From NCBI GenBank assembly GCA_964106915.2, contig OZ066924.1: a stretch of DNA of 64,000 bases; one strand, written 5' to 3'. This document shows positions 1-10,614 of the stretch, one piece after another. The stretch's first letter is position 1, and each line of letters begins with the position of its first letter. The notes beneath the pieces are model-generated. The model was not told the origin of the DNA. It was given only the letters and a program-made list of their open reading frames with translations, and searched no databases. The translations under genes and the position numbers were made by a program. This DNA is from Podarcis gaigeae (Eukaryota).

Positions 1-484
1 TTATTTACTCTGTCGTTTGAAGTTGAGGCACTAGTTTCGAGCCTCTGGGACTGTTCTATGCTGTCAGATTACTTTATTTTAAGGCAATTTTGTTTGCTAT
101 TTTAATATTATCATTTTGTTTTATTGTATGATTTTATATTATGTTGTATACTGCCCTTAAGATGAAGGGTTGTCTAGAAATAACAGCAACAATCAGTATA
201 AAGCATCTCACATAATATGCCGGTTTGCATTTATTTCAGTCTAGCGTTCCAGATTTGGTGTGGTTCACTATTATGACAATTCAGCATCTTGGGTAATTTA
301 AACAGTATTTACTCAAAATACTCAATCTTAGTTGCTTGTTAATATGTAGTTTCTAAGTGATATCAACCAATTTGCCTAAAGCTTTACAGGAACTGTTGTC
401 TTCAAGAATTTTCATATTATTTGCTTCACGAATAGAGATCTGCATTTTAATAATGTCTTACTGTTCTGCTTTTAAACATTCAAG

Positions 485-582
485 GTGCCGACTAAGAGTT
501 GTAAACTGTGAAGTAACTACTATGGAACAGCTTAAGTAAAGCACTGAAGGTGGATGAATTTGAAATACAGAGGGTGTATGTG
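485..582 (+). other. MEF2C: MEF2C internal non-coding leader exon (98 nt) of transcripts from a promoter upstream of the window
   Basis: Acceptor TTTTAAACATTCAAG|GTGCC and donor GTATGTG|GTGAGT. The body (AAGAGTTGTAAACTGTGAAGTAACT...AAGTAAAG...GTGTATGTG) resembles a recalled human MEF2C 5'UTR exon that splices to CAGGAACG. Confidence 0.8.
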
Positions 583-1110
583 GTGAGTGTTTCATATTTT
601 AATTCCCTGCCTCCTGCAAGATCATTCAATATTACAAAAAGCTCTATTTATTGCTTCCTTTTTCAGATTTAGGGCTCAAGCTAAACTCTGCAGTTGTGTG
701 TACTAAAAGGTATACAGATGACAAAGCTTCTCCCTAATCACTACTTATTGTGCATTATATCGTTTTAGCCATGGCATGCCATGGTATTTAATATACATGT
801 GTCACCCTTTCAGCTCCTACCTTTGAAAATATATTTTACAATTAATTCATTCCACAAGAAATTATATACATTTTCATTCTCCCCTACGGATTGTGAAATA
901 TTTAAATTACCCTCCTGGAATCTACATCCTATTATAACGAGATTTTGGGAATTTATATGTTATGGGCAATTATAAAAGCAATATGGATTGAAAGAATATT
1001 CTGAATGATTGGAGAACAAATACAGTATTGTTGAATAAAATCTTGTGGGGTAGATCAATCTATAGCCTTGGTTCCTCTCAGGGTGGGTTGCTGTGGCAAC
1101 CGCCCCAGCT

Positions 1111-1113
<3 letters not shown>

Positions 1114-1157
<44 letters not shown>
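1114..1157. repeat. (AT)n microsatellite
   Basis: Direct reading. Confidence 0.97.
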
Positions 1158-1159
<2 letters not shown>

Positions 1160-4100
1160 CCCTAAAGCTTGTTTCAAGAGCTGTACCCAGCATGGGCCAA
1201 GCTTAAAAGCAGACAGATGTAGAAAGAAGTGCTTTCGTGAACTACTCTTTCAAGACAGGCCTCTGGTAGAGAGGTGCATAGGAAGGCATGGGGTGGGGCT
1301 GAACTATGAACAGAAATTGGAACCCAAGTCACCCAGGGTTAGGATGTATAAACTCTGGGGTATTCAGATGTGACTCTGGCACTCTGCAATTTAATTGTCG
1401 CTTTTGCAATGTAAATTGGCAGTGCTGTTTCTTTTGAAGAAACAAACATTTGACTATCACTCCAAATTGAAGAAGGGAGGGGGGGACTCGGATAATTACT
1501 GAAAGGGGATGTTAACTGAGCTCACCATGAAATAATCATACTTGTAAGGGAAAGAGACACTTGGCTGCACCTCAGCCCGTGGTAAGGGTATGGAAGGGTT
1601 GATTACTCCAATAATTGCACCTCCTGTTGTGCATTTTCCCCCCTGTGTGTTTTGTTTAATTCAGATGTAAGTTTCAGGTGGAAGGCTGGGAAATGGTGCA
1701 AGATTTTCTGTTTCCTGTTGCCAGCAGGCCTAGGCCTAACAGGAACCCTTAATCTTACCTTCCTGGAAGAAATCCAATGGGGATTTGCTGCCAATTATTG
1801 GCTGTTTGTAACACATGTTTTTAAAATAATGGTCTGGAGGTGATGGTGTTTCAGTGTAAATTATATTGAATGCTAAATGACACAGGAAGATTCTTCAGGT
1901 GTTGTAAGAACTATTTTTATTTGAAGCCTAAAAATATTCTCTACTGAGTTTCAAGAATGAAGGAAACAATTTGACTTCTATACTGCTTGTCTATGGAGTA
2001 CTGAGACACTTTTTTTTTTAAAAGGGGAGGTGTCTTATTCATTGCTTTGGGCATCTTTGCTCTGACTGAAAAATAATGTTGGCACAAACCACTGAGTATC
2101 AGTCCCCAGGATAAGGTCATGTCTATTTAAAAACTGGGCCCTAATAACCTAAATATGTAGACCATGCACAGGACATATGAAGCCACTGCATATATTTCTT
2201 TCAGTGGTGTCATTCTCTGATTTTGGGCTATTGAGCCAAAGTAGTGCTGACCTTTGCCCTGTCAAGCTGAGAGCCTTGCCTTTGAGACATTTCAACACTT
2301 TGCAGCATCCTCCCCACAAAGAAATGCAAGAAATTATAGAATTTTGCTCACTACACTTGGGTTGGCTTCATATAATTCCCCCTCCCCTTATTTCACCCTC
2401 TCCCAAGTGATTTTGTGTTGTGTGTTTAGCAACATACCAAGATGACAGACACTGTTGAGTTTTGTCACCCTTTGTCCAAGAGACAACCATCTTGGTGCAT
2501 ATAATTTCCTGCATTTTTTTCAATGCCCCCAGCTTTGCTTTGAATAATTTCAGACCAGTTTGGGCTATGTGAACATACAGTTCCTGGGTTACCATAGTTA
2601 AGGATTTTCCAATGTATTTCTTTCTCTGTCTAAACAGCAGCTGATAGCCTGTAGATTGAATTTTGATCACCCTATTTTTGTGCTCAAAAAATAGACACTT
2701 TGAACAAGTAATAGCTTCTCTAGTCCTACATCTACAATCAAGATATCTATGAGAGCCAGTTCCTAAATCCCATCTCAGAGCCACTACCAGACTGTTTCTA
2801 TTCTGTGGATAAGAATTCAGTTGCAGATCTGCAAATTCACTTTGCAAAATGAAAGTGGATTTAGCCTTCTTGCACAGCAAATCCACTTCCCCCCAAAATT
2901 GGACATTTTCAGTAAGGAAAATGACTGGAAAGTATGAGAAAAAATATTTTGATACAAAGTTGTATAGACTCCCCACAAACAAATCAGGATGAGTGTGCAA
3001 CAAACAGCCAACATTTTACAACCTCCCTGCAAACTTTGTGAAGAGAAATCGGGATGAATGCTCAATAGGTCACCTGGAAGCAAGTTTTGTCCTACTGAGC
3101 ACTCTACTGCCCTTCTAGCACATGCTAGAAATCTGAAATGACAAAGAAATTGTGGGGACCATAGATTTTTGTTTATAGTCAAATTCATTACTGAACTCTA
3201 TATGAAGTCAGGCTATGGTAGGCTCATAGGTCTCTGTTTCTCTGTGTGCATGACTTCTTTCCTTGGGGGCAAGCTGGCTTCAAGGGTCAGGTGGTGCTGC
3301 AAGTTATGAAAGAGAAGTTTTCTCTCCATGGAAGAGCCCAGCCTCTGCCTCCATTCATGCCTTGTTTGTCTCCTTGGAGACAACCAGGGTGTGAAGGGGC
3401 AGATGGGCCTGTGAGAGTGAAAGAAGGAGTGTCCTCTCTCCTAGTGCAGGCTGGTGACTGTGAAAAGAATTGAGCCATACCCCATGACCATGCAGCCGCT
3501 CCTCCCGCAAGCAATGGGTAAAAAAATGTTTCTCTCACTTCTAATTTCTCCGGTCTTAATTTCATTGTTGTTGTTGCTTTGGAGAATGAAGTCCTCATGA
3601 AAATTCATAAGCATTTCACTATGAATATCTCCTAATATACAATTTCCCCTTATGTACATATTTTTGCAAAAAAAAAACTTTCCTGTAATATAATACAATT
3701 TTTAATGCTATTTTCACTAATATGTGCATGTTTATTTACAAAGCTGGTGCATCATGGTCCTCGATCCAATTTATGGGGCTGTGAGGTTAGACAACATTAT
3801 GTGTTCACTTCTTCTGTGACTTTGAACAGCCAGGTATCTTGAAAGGAATTCTTGGTGTTACTGCAATTCAAGACAGATCCTACAAAAAGTTACATGATCT
3901 ACCTTAAAGCCCACAGTCCAGATCCAAAGGGACCACATAAACCTGAAAGCTGAGGAGAAAACGATGTGCACATTTCATCTAACCTTTAGGCACTTTGAAG
4001 CTCCGTTGATTTCAAAAGGAGAGATTAACTCTCCCATTGAAATCAACGCAGGTTAGCAGAAGTTTCTCCATGCATTTTGACTTTTTTGATGGCTGCAACA

Positions 4101-4294
4101 GCAAGTAGTTATTTCCATATGTGAAACAGCCATCACAAATCAAACACCATCTCACACCATGTCAAGCACAATTATTTTCAAGTGAGGCAGCTCACCACAA
4201 TCAGTGGCAAGTCACTGTGTGATGCATTATTGAGTGGTGTGCATTCATACATGCATGTGTCAGGAATGTGACTGCATAATGACGAAGTGATATA

Positions 4295-4507
4295 CAGTCA
4301 ATGAGCAAATTGTGCAGGGGTTCCATTCGTGGACCCCATGCGTGTTAGTGGAGAACGTATAAGCACACCCCACCCCATTCTGCTCTGCCCCTGTTTCACC
4401 CTTTCAGTGACTTGTTTTCTGACGTTTTCAGTCATTTCTGGGTTTGGTGCTGTGCACACATGTGCTTTTATGCATCTTTTGGATACATCTTAAGCGGTCG
4501 TTGCCAG
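4295..4507. mobile_element. Degenerate TA-flanked MITE (family B)
   Basis: TA|CAGTCAATGAGC ... GCGGTCGTTGCCAG|TA. Shares ends and the GGGGTT / CTGCTC..CCC interior with 27919-28066. Confidence 0.5.
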
Positions 4508-5202
4508 TATTGTGAATTTCCCCTAGTGCTTGGTCCCAATAATAGGTATACATTGAATCTTGAAACCACAGAGGAGTTATAGTGTATCAACCTTCATAGT
4601 GCATTGCAGCATGTCATCTGTCTGGGGTAACTAGATTTTTCCTGTTGTCTACACCATTGTCACGTTAAAGGTGTTTGTTTTGTTTGTCACTGTGGAAGAA
4701 AGAGCAGGGTTGGTGCTGAAAAGAAATGCTAGTGCTGTATGTCTGAATGTGTGGCAGTTATCAACAGGCCCACATTGTCCTGGATACTATTTGATGCTGT
4801 GGATGTCAATCCTGAACAGTTTCTACATTGTTTCAAAACCAGTTCCTGTTCAAAATGTAATTTTAAAAATCCCAAATACTGAACAATGGTAAAATTTCTC
4901 CTCAGCCATTTATGGTGTGCCTCTTATACCCATAAGAGAGATGTGTCTGCCTGTTGAAATACTAGAATATCAAGTCTTTCCAATAACACATGGATCAGTG
5001 AAGCAATAAAACAATATCACGTTGCTCTTAATTTACAGTCTTACCTTGTATTGTGTGCTATGATAATTGTCACTATGATGTGCAAGAGTTTTGTCTTTGG
5101 TGTTCAATGGGAACCTGGAGGTTCCTTCTCCAGGCAATAAAAAGAAGTTATTCTACATTTTCTGGTCTTTATGCCCTCAACTCTGGAAGTTCACAGGTCC
5201 TG

Positions 5203-5233
<31 letters not shown>

Positions 5234-5988
5234 AAATTCATTTATAAAGTTCAATATGTCTGCATACATATACTCTGAATATGTAAGAAACCATTCTTTT
5301 GTGGTGCATCCAAACTGATAGGCGCTTGACCATATGAGATGGCATCATCATCATCCATTCCTCCATCACAAAAGAGGAGTCATGCCATGGCCAGATTGTT
5401 GGATGTGGACATGAGAACCTTAAGTTTAAATCTGCCCAGCACCATCATTGTGCAGTGCTTGAATAAAGCTTCCCTTTAGCAAAAAAAAAAAAAAAAAGTG
5501 CAGTATCTGATGGGAGTGATAGCAATTGTAGAAGAATGGCTGAAACTGGATTCTCTCTGAAACAAAGTCGTGTGCTTCATAGACACCTCCTGCTCCCCTC
5601 CTGTTCAGCTATAGATTCCTTAGTCTATCTTTTCCTTATGCTACTATCTATAGTGTCATCTGTGTGCCAGGTGCTGGACAAAACACTGAAGTCTGGTCGA
5701 GAGGACTTGGCAGCATTTGAATTACGTAATATGTATAAAAGGTGTGATCAGAACTTAGAACTTATCTTAAACATTCCCATCACGGTGATATACCAAACAA
5801 TGTAAGGAAGGATTCAGATAACATACAAAATGCTGGAAGGTTCATTCTTCAGTGGCATAAATCCTAACACCCAGAAAATAATGCTCAAGCAGCAGCAAAT
5901 TATGTTGAATTGGTAAGTGGGCAGAGCAATCATAGGTGGTAGAGGACTCTGTGGCAGAGAAACTGCAACTTTATAAGATCTGCCAGCA

Positions 5989-5991
<3 letters not shown>

Positions 5992-6024
<33 letters not shown>
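5992..6024. repeat. (GT)n microsatellite
   Basis: Direct reading. Confidence 0.97.
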
Positions 6025-6026
<2 letters not shown>

Positions 6027-6656
6027 GAGACGGGTTTTCCATTCCCAAGCCCCACCACTGTTCAGCCTTCCAAATTTCTCCCTCCCGATGACACTGATAT
6101 TCTATTTTTGGGAGTGTGTTCAGTGAATGAGAGGGCCTTGGATCCAAGACCTGCCCTCTCCAGCATTCTTGAACCCTGTTTCTGGCCTTGCTCCTTTCAG
6201 AGTTACTACTGGTAAACTCTGACAGCAGCAGAACCTGGTCCAGAAAGCCTCTGCCTGCAGAGAGGGAGGTCTACACCACCCAACAGCTTCTCAGCCACCC
6301 TTGCAGGGAACAGAAGTTCAGTCCCTTATTCCGTATAAATAATTAGATACCTTTCCATTCCTTTTCTTTTCAAAGAAAGCCACTGAATTCCAAAGTACAG
6401 ATACTTTCCCTTTTCTTTTGGCAATAGGGATATTTAATTAAATATATACTTTTATGTTTCCGTTAAAAAAAAACCAACAACAAGTGGCTGCATTGGTTCA
6501 TGGGGTTGGGGGAATCTAAAAGTCAACAATATGGTGATATGCACAGTAGGAGAAATGTAAATGTCTCCACATACTGAGCAAGCTTCAAAGTACCCCAGCA
6601 CTCTTGTTAAACAACAAGCAGAAAAAGAGAGGAGGAAAGAAAAAAGATGGTCTTGG

Positions 6657-6664
6657 GTGTGTAT

Positions 6665-6727
<63 letters not shown>

Positions 6728-6737
6728 CATACACACA
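6657..6737. repeat. Compound (AT)n/(GT)n microsatellite
   Basis: Direct reading. Confidence 0.95.
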
Positions 6738-7112
6738 TTTGTCCACATTCTGTTTTTTGTTTTGCTTTACATCCAGCCTGAAGAAGCATTCTGTGGAACT
6801 TCAAAGCTTGCTCTCTGTTGTGTGACATTTCAGCTGGTCTTAATTAAAAGGATTATCCTGCTCTTGATTTTGGATTTAACCTGGATTGTCTCTTGTTTTG
6901 GGGGCCTCTTCAGGTTGTGAAGTGGTGTGAATGTTTAAGCAATATTCATATACCTGAATATTCATTGTGAGAGGTGAGGCTGCAGGGAACCAGGCAGAGG
7001 GCTTTTCGGTAGTCACTCTTGCCCTGTGGAACACCCTCCCAGCAGATGTCAAACAGATAAGTGATTTTTGAAAGACATCTGAAGGCAGCCCTGTACAGGG
7101 GATTTCTTAGTG

Positions 7113-7190
7113 TTTGGTGCTATATTGTGTTTTTACTGTTTTTTGTTGGGAGCCGCCCAGAGTGGCTGGGGCAACCAAGGCAGATGAGTG

Positions 7191-7231
<41 letters not shown>
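7113..7231 (+). mobile_element. L2-type LINE 3' end with (AAT)n tail
   Basis: T-rich stretch, then GGGAGCCGCCCAGAGTGGCTGGGGCAACC...AGATG and (AAT)~13. Confidence 0.6.
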
Positions 7232-7232
<1 letters not shown>

Positions 7233-9380
7233 ATGCTCCATGCCCTTAATTTATCACCTCTGTAAAAGTCATGTTTTATTCTGCATTTGAACGCAGTGAA
7301 CACCTTTCCTCTATTCCCACCCCCTCCGCAATGAAAACACAACCGTCCACGTACAGATCAGAAGGCAAGTGCCAAAACTACGACGAATCCAGAAAGCAGA
7401 CCGTCGTGGAGTTTCACAAGTGATCTACCGCCCTAGAGAAACAAGGAGGAAGGTCAGCAAGTCAGCCTGTCCCCTTTCCGAGAGCGGCCACTTTAGGGCC
7501 CAGGGAGCGCTTCTTGGCCGCGCTGCGGTCGCCAGGCAAAGGGGCAAGGTTGCTCTCAAGCTCTTCCCGGGCGATGCTCTCGCAGAGCTGAGCTGGTGAG
7601 CTGGCACAGCGGAGTTTGCGAAGGCCAAGTGAGGATCTGTTCAGACGGGGCACCGGGGAACGCGAGCTGCTGCCAGACGAGCGAGCACGCCGAGGCTTCC
7701 CTGAGACCCGGGCAAGGAAGGGAAGGAACCGTTATTTTATCTTCCAGCCACCCCGACCCAGCTGCCCTACTGGCAAAGCCTGGCGAGTTTTATCTGGCTT
7801 TCCCCCCCCCTCCCCAAATCGTAGGAGCATCCCGCTTGTTCCCCCGGAGCCCGCGCGCCTGTTTCCTGTGCAGTTTGTTTGGAGACGTCCCGGGTAAGTG
7901 AAGTCCCGCTGGCGCGGGGAGACGGAAAAGCCGCCCGAGTTTGGGAAGTGGGGCTGCTCCACTTTGGCGAGAGCGGAGCGGAGGGTCCGCGAGGAAGGCG
8001 CAGCAGAGGTGGAGGGAGGAGGGGGGCAGAGGAAAGGCCAGCGCGCTGCGAGAAACGAAACCCCAACAGCAGCCTGCCTCTCGCCTCCCACCCCGGCTGG
8101 GCGAAGGCTTTCGGGCAGAGCAATGTTTTCAGAGCACGTTGGAAAGTTAGGCTGGCTGGACAGCGTGGAGCGAGCGCTGCCGCCTCCAATGTCGAGGAGA
8201 TGGTGCTGCCGCCGCTAGCGGCGGACTTTCCCTTGCAGTGCAAGCGGGACTCCCTCTGCTGCTTCCTCCGAGAACCTAGCCGCTCCTCCGATCTGCTATC
8301 CCGTTGAGCCGGAGGGCTCGGATCGGAGCCCATCCGGACACGCACCTCGCGTTTATCTGCCGGTCGATTCCCTGCTTTAGCCTCATCTGTCGTTATTGAC
8401 CTCAATGGGCAAACGAAGACGCCACGCTTCCTAAGCATTTAAGCAGCTCCCCCACCCCAGCTCCGTCCCCTCGCCCTCCTGGCTCCACATCTATCCCATC
8501 CCAGCCAGCCAACCCACCGACCACCGGTTTAAAAAAGAAGTGTTGCCGCTGGGGACCTCCGGGCGCCCTCCTTCCTTCCTTCCTTTCCTCCCTTTCCTTT
8601 CCTCCTCCCTCCCTCCCTCTTAACTTCCCAATCCACGCGCGCCTGGGGAGCTGCCGGGGTCGCCTCTGGCCGAGACCACTTCGCTGGCCTAGACGACTCC
8701 AACCCCGATCTCGCGCGCCCTCTCCTCTTCGCCCCCACCCGCCCCTGTCCAATATCTTCTGGGGGCACAGACAGACCTGATCAGGAGGGGGACCGGCATC
8801 TGCCGGGCGGTGTTCTCCGCCTCTCTGCCGCGCGATCGCTTTGCTCGTGAATAATAATAATAGTAATAATAATGATTGTCATCAAAGCTTGTTCCGTGGC
8901 ATATGCCAAGTCCTTCGACTCCCCATATCCACTAACCAAGACGTCCCCCCCCCCACTATTGCGCGCGCGCTCTCTCTCCCTGCCCCCCCCCCGTGGTAAA
9001 AAACTAAAATTAGCAAAATGTCAGGCATGGCAAGATTGATTCAGCCAAGATGCAATTATCATTTAAAAAGTGCTTGATTGAGGTGCCTGATGTTGGGTGA
9101 TTTATTCTGCATACCATATACATAATTAAAGTAGGGTAGTGGAGTAATTTATCAATCTCGTTGAGACTAGAGAGGGGCGAGAGAGAAAGAGAGAGAGAGC
9201 GAGAGCGCTTTGCCATCGCCTCTTCCTCCCCTTCTAGACTCCTAGCTGGTCTCTCGCCTCACTCTCACTGTGTTTGTTTTATTAAAACGCTTTCGGGATG
9301 TGATCCCGCCCCCTTTTTTCAAGAGTGAAACTGATTATTTCTCCAGCTCGGCAGGAGAGAGTCATTCGTTTGGGATTGTG

Positions 9381-9460
9381 GGAGAGAGAGGGGAGAAGAG
9401 GAGGAGGAGGAGGAGGAGGAAGAAGAAGGGAGGAGGAGGCGAGGAGGAGGAGGAGGGAGG
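9381..9460. repeat. Polypurine (GGA)n tract
   Basis: Direct reading; only one pyrimidine in about 80 nt. Confidence 0.93.
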
Positions 9461-9514
9461 ACACAAGCAAGAGAAGCTTCGCCGGGCGTGTAGTTGTGAA
9501 GCTTCCTTTCCCTG

Positions 9515-9515
<1 letters not shown>

Positions 9516-9572
<57 letters not shown>
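9516..9572. repeat. (CT)n microsatellite
   Basis: Direct reading. Confidence 0.97.
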
Positions 9573-9575
<3 letters not shown>

Positions 9576-9699
9576 CATCCGTGATGTTACAAAGCCTGTG
9601 AGCTGTTCTTTTCCCCCACTCGCCTCCTGTCACTTCCTTCCTAGACGCTCTCAGGACGATTCCTGCTTACTTTTAATCCGGCCAGCAGCACTGGCACTT

Positions 9700-10038
9700 T
9701 CGCCTCCTGAATCCTCAGATACACACACACACACGCCGCCACCATCGCCAGAGAGCTGCTGGGTGCTCATTGGATTGCTTTGCAAGGTTGTGTGTGTGCG
9801 CGCGCGTGTGCGTTGCGCGCGCGCGTATGTGCGGTTAAAGGAGGCTGCATGTTGAACCAGGTGGTGAACATCTTACAAGGCTGGAAGAACTAACGGCTCC
9901 CCCCACCCCTGTTTCCTCCTCCTCCTCCTCCTCCCCACCACCAATCTCCTCGGTCTCTTGTCTCTTCTTCTCCCTCGGTTGCTCCCAAGAAGGGGGAAAT
10001 ATCTCAAGGACTAGCCTGATCATCCAGCCCTTTGCAAT
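9700..10038 (+). other. MEF2C: MEF2C CpG-island first (non-coding) exon; 5' boundary approximate
   Basis: Strong donor CAAT|GTAAGT at 10039. The 3' part GAAGGGGGAAATATCTCAAGGACTAGCCTGATC resembles the recalled human MEF2C exon 1 end. The TSS cannot be determined from sequence alone. Confidence 0.78.
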
Positions 10039-10565
10039 GTAAGTACACGTGCGATTTCATCGCGAAGTAGCCTAGACTTGCTCCTTCAGCCCCTCGTGGA
10101 GGCATTGCAATGTTTTGCATGGCAGGAGGCTTAGCATGTACTGGGAACGTGCGTGGCGCAGACATAGCGTAATCGGGTGGCTTTAAAGTAACTTTGCACT
10201 CAAACCCAACATAGTTAAAAGTTGCAGAGAAATTGTGTCTCTTCTCTCCCCTCCCCATCCTCCATCAACTGCATGAGTATTTAAAGTTTCATGAAGTTAA
10301 TTCACGTCATTGGTGTGTTTTGATATTGTGAAGTGCACTCAGGTTTGTTTGTCTGACCTTGGAGTACTTGCCCTGCGAGTTATCAAACAGTGCAGTGAAG
10401 AAATAAGCTGGCATAAGTGCAAATGGCCTTTTCAACTCGGCTGTGTGCAGCACGTCACTTTTGTTTTAATGCCTCGGTTTTTGACACAGCATCCCTCCCA
10501 GAGCATCTTTTTCATTTGCACACTTTGCTTTGAGATGGGGGAATCTGGGAGATCCGAATGGGGAA

Positions 10566-10568
<3 letters not shown>

Positions 10569-10612
<44 letters not shown>
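10569..10612. repeat. (CT)n microsatellite
   Basis: Direct reading. Confidence 0.97.

Positions 10613-10614
<2 letters not shown>

Larger units (their letters stand above)
7340..10200. promoter_or_regulatory. CpG island / main MEF2C promoter region
   Basis: Dense CpG and high GC compared with the CpG-depleted flanks. GC boxes (CCCGCCC ~8737, ~9305), CCAAT/ATTGG (~8627, ~8749, ~9769), ETS CACTTCC (~9631), E-box CACGTG at 10046-10051. Confidence 0.9.

Noticed and set aside
2368-3003. 211-aa minus-strand ORF
   Set aside because: Non-ATG start, no recognisable domain or splice structure, and it lies within a MEF2C intron.
1-7000. Mef2c F1 (SOX10/MEF2) neural-crest enhancer and skeletal-muscle promoter
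   Set aside because: No convincing SOX/MEF2 or E-box/MEF2 cluster was recognised; they probably lie upstream of the window.
7369-8768. Many overlapping ORFs (up to 223 aa) in the CpG island
   Set aside because: Expected from stop-codon scarcity in GC-rich DNA. They are low-complexity Arg/Pro/Gly/Ala sequences with no recognisable domain.
8898-8910. TGGCATATGCCAA as an NFI site
   Set aside because: The spacer is one base shorter than TTGGC(N5)GCCAA.
9270-9855. ORFs with poly-E/R/SL tracts (likewise 1068, 6452, 24841, 48037)
   Set aside because: They are translations of microsatellites.
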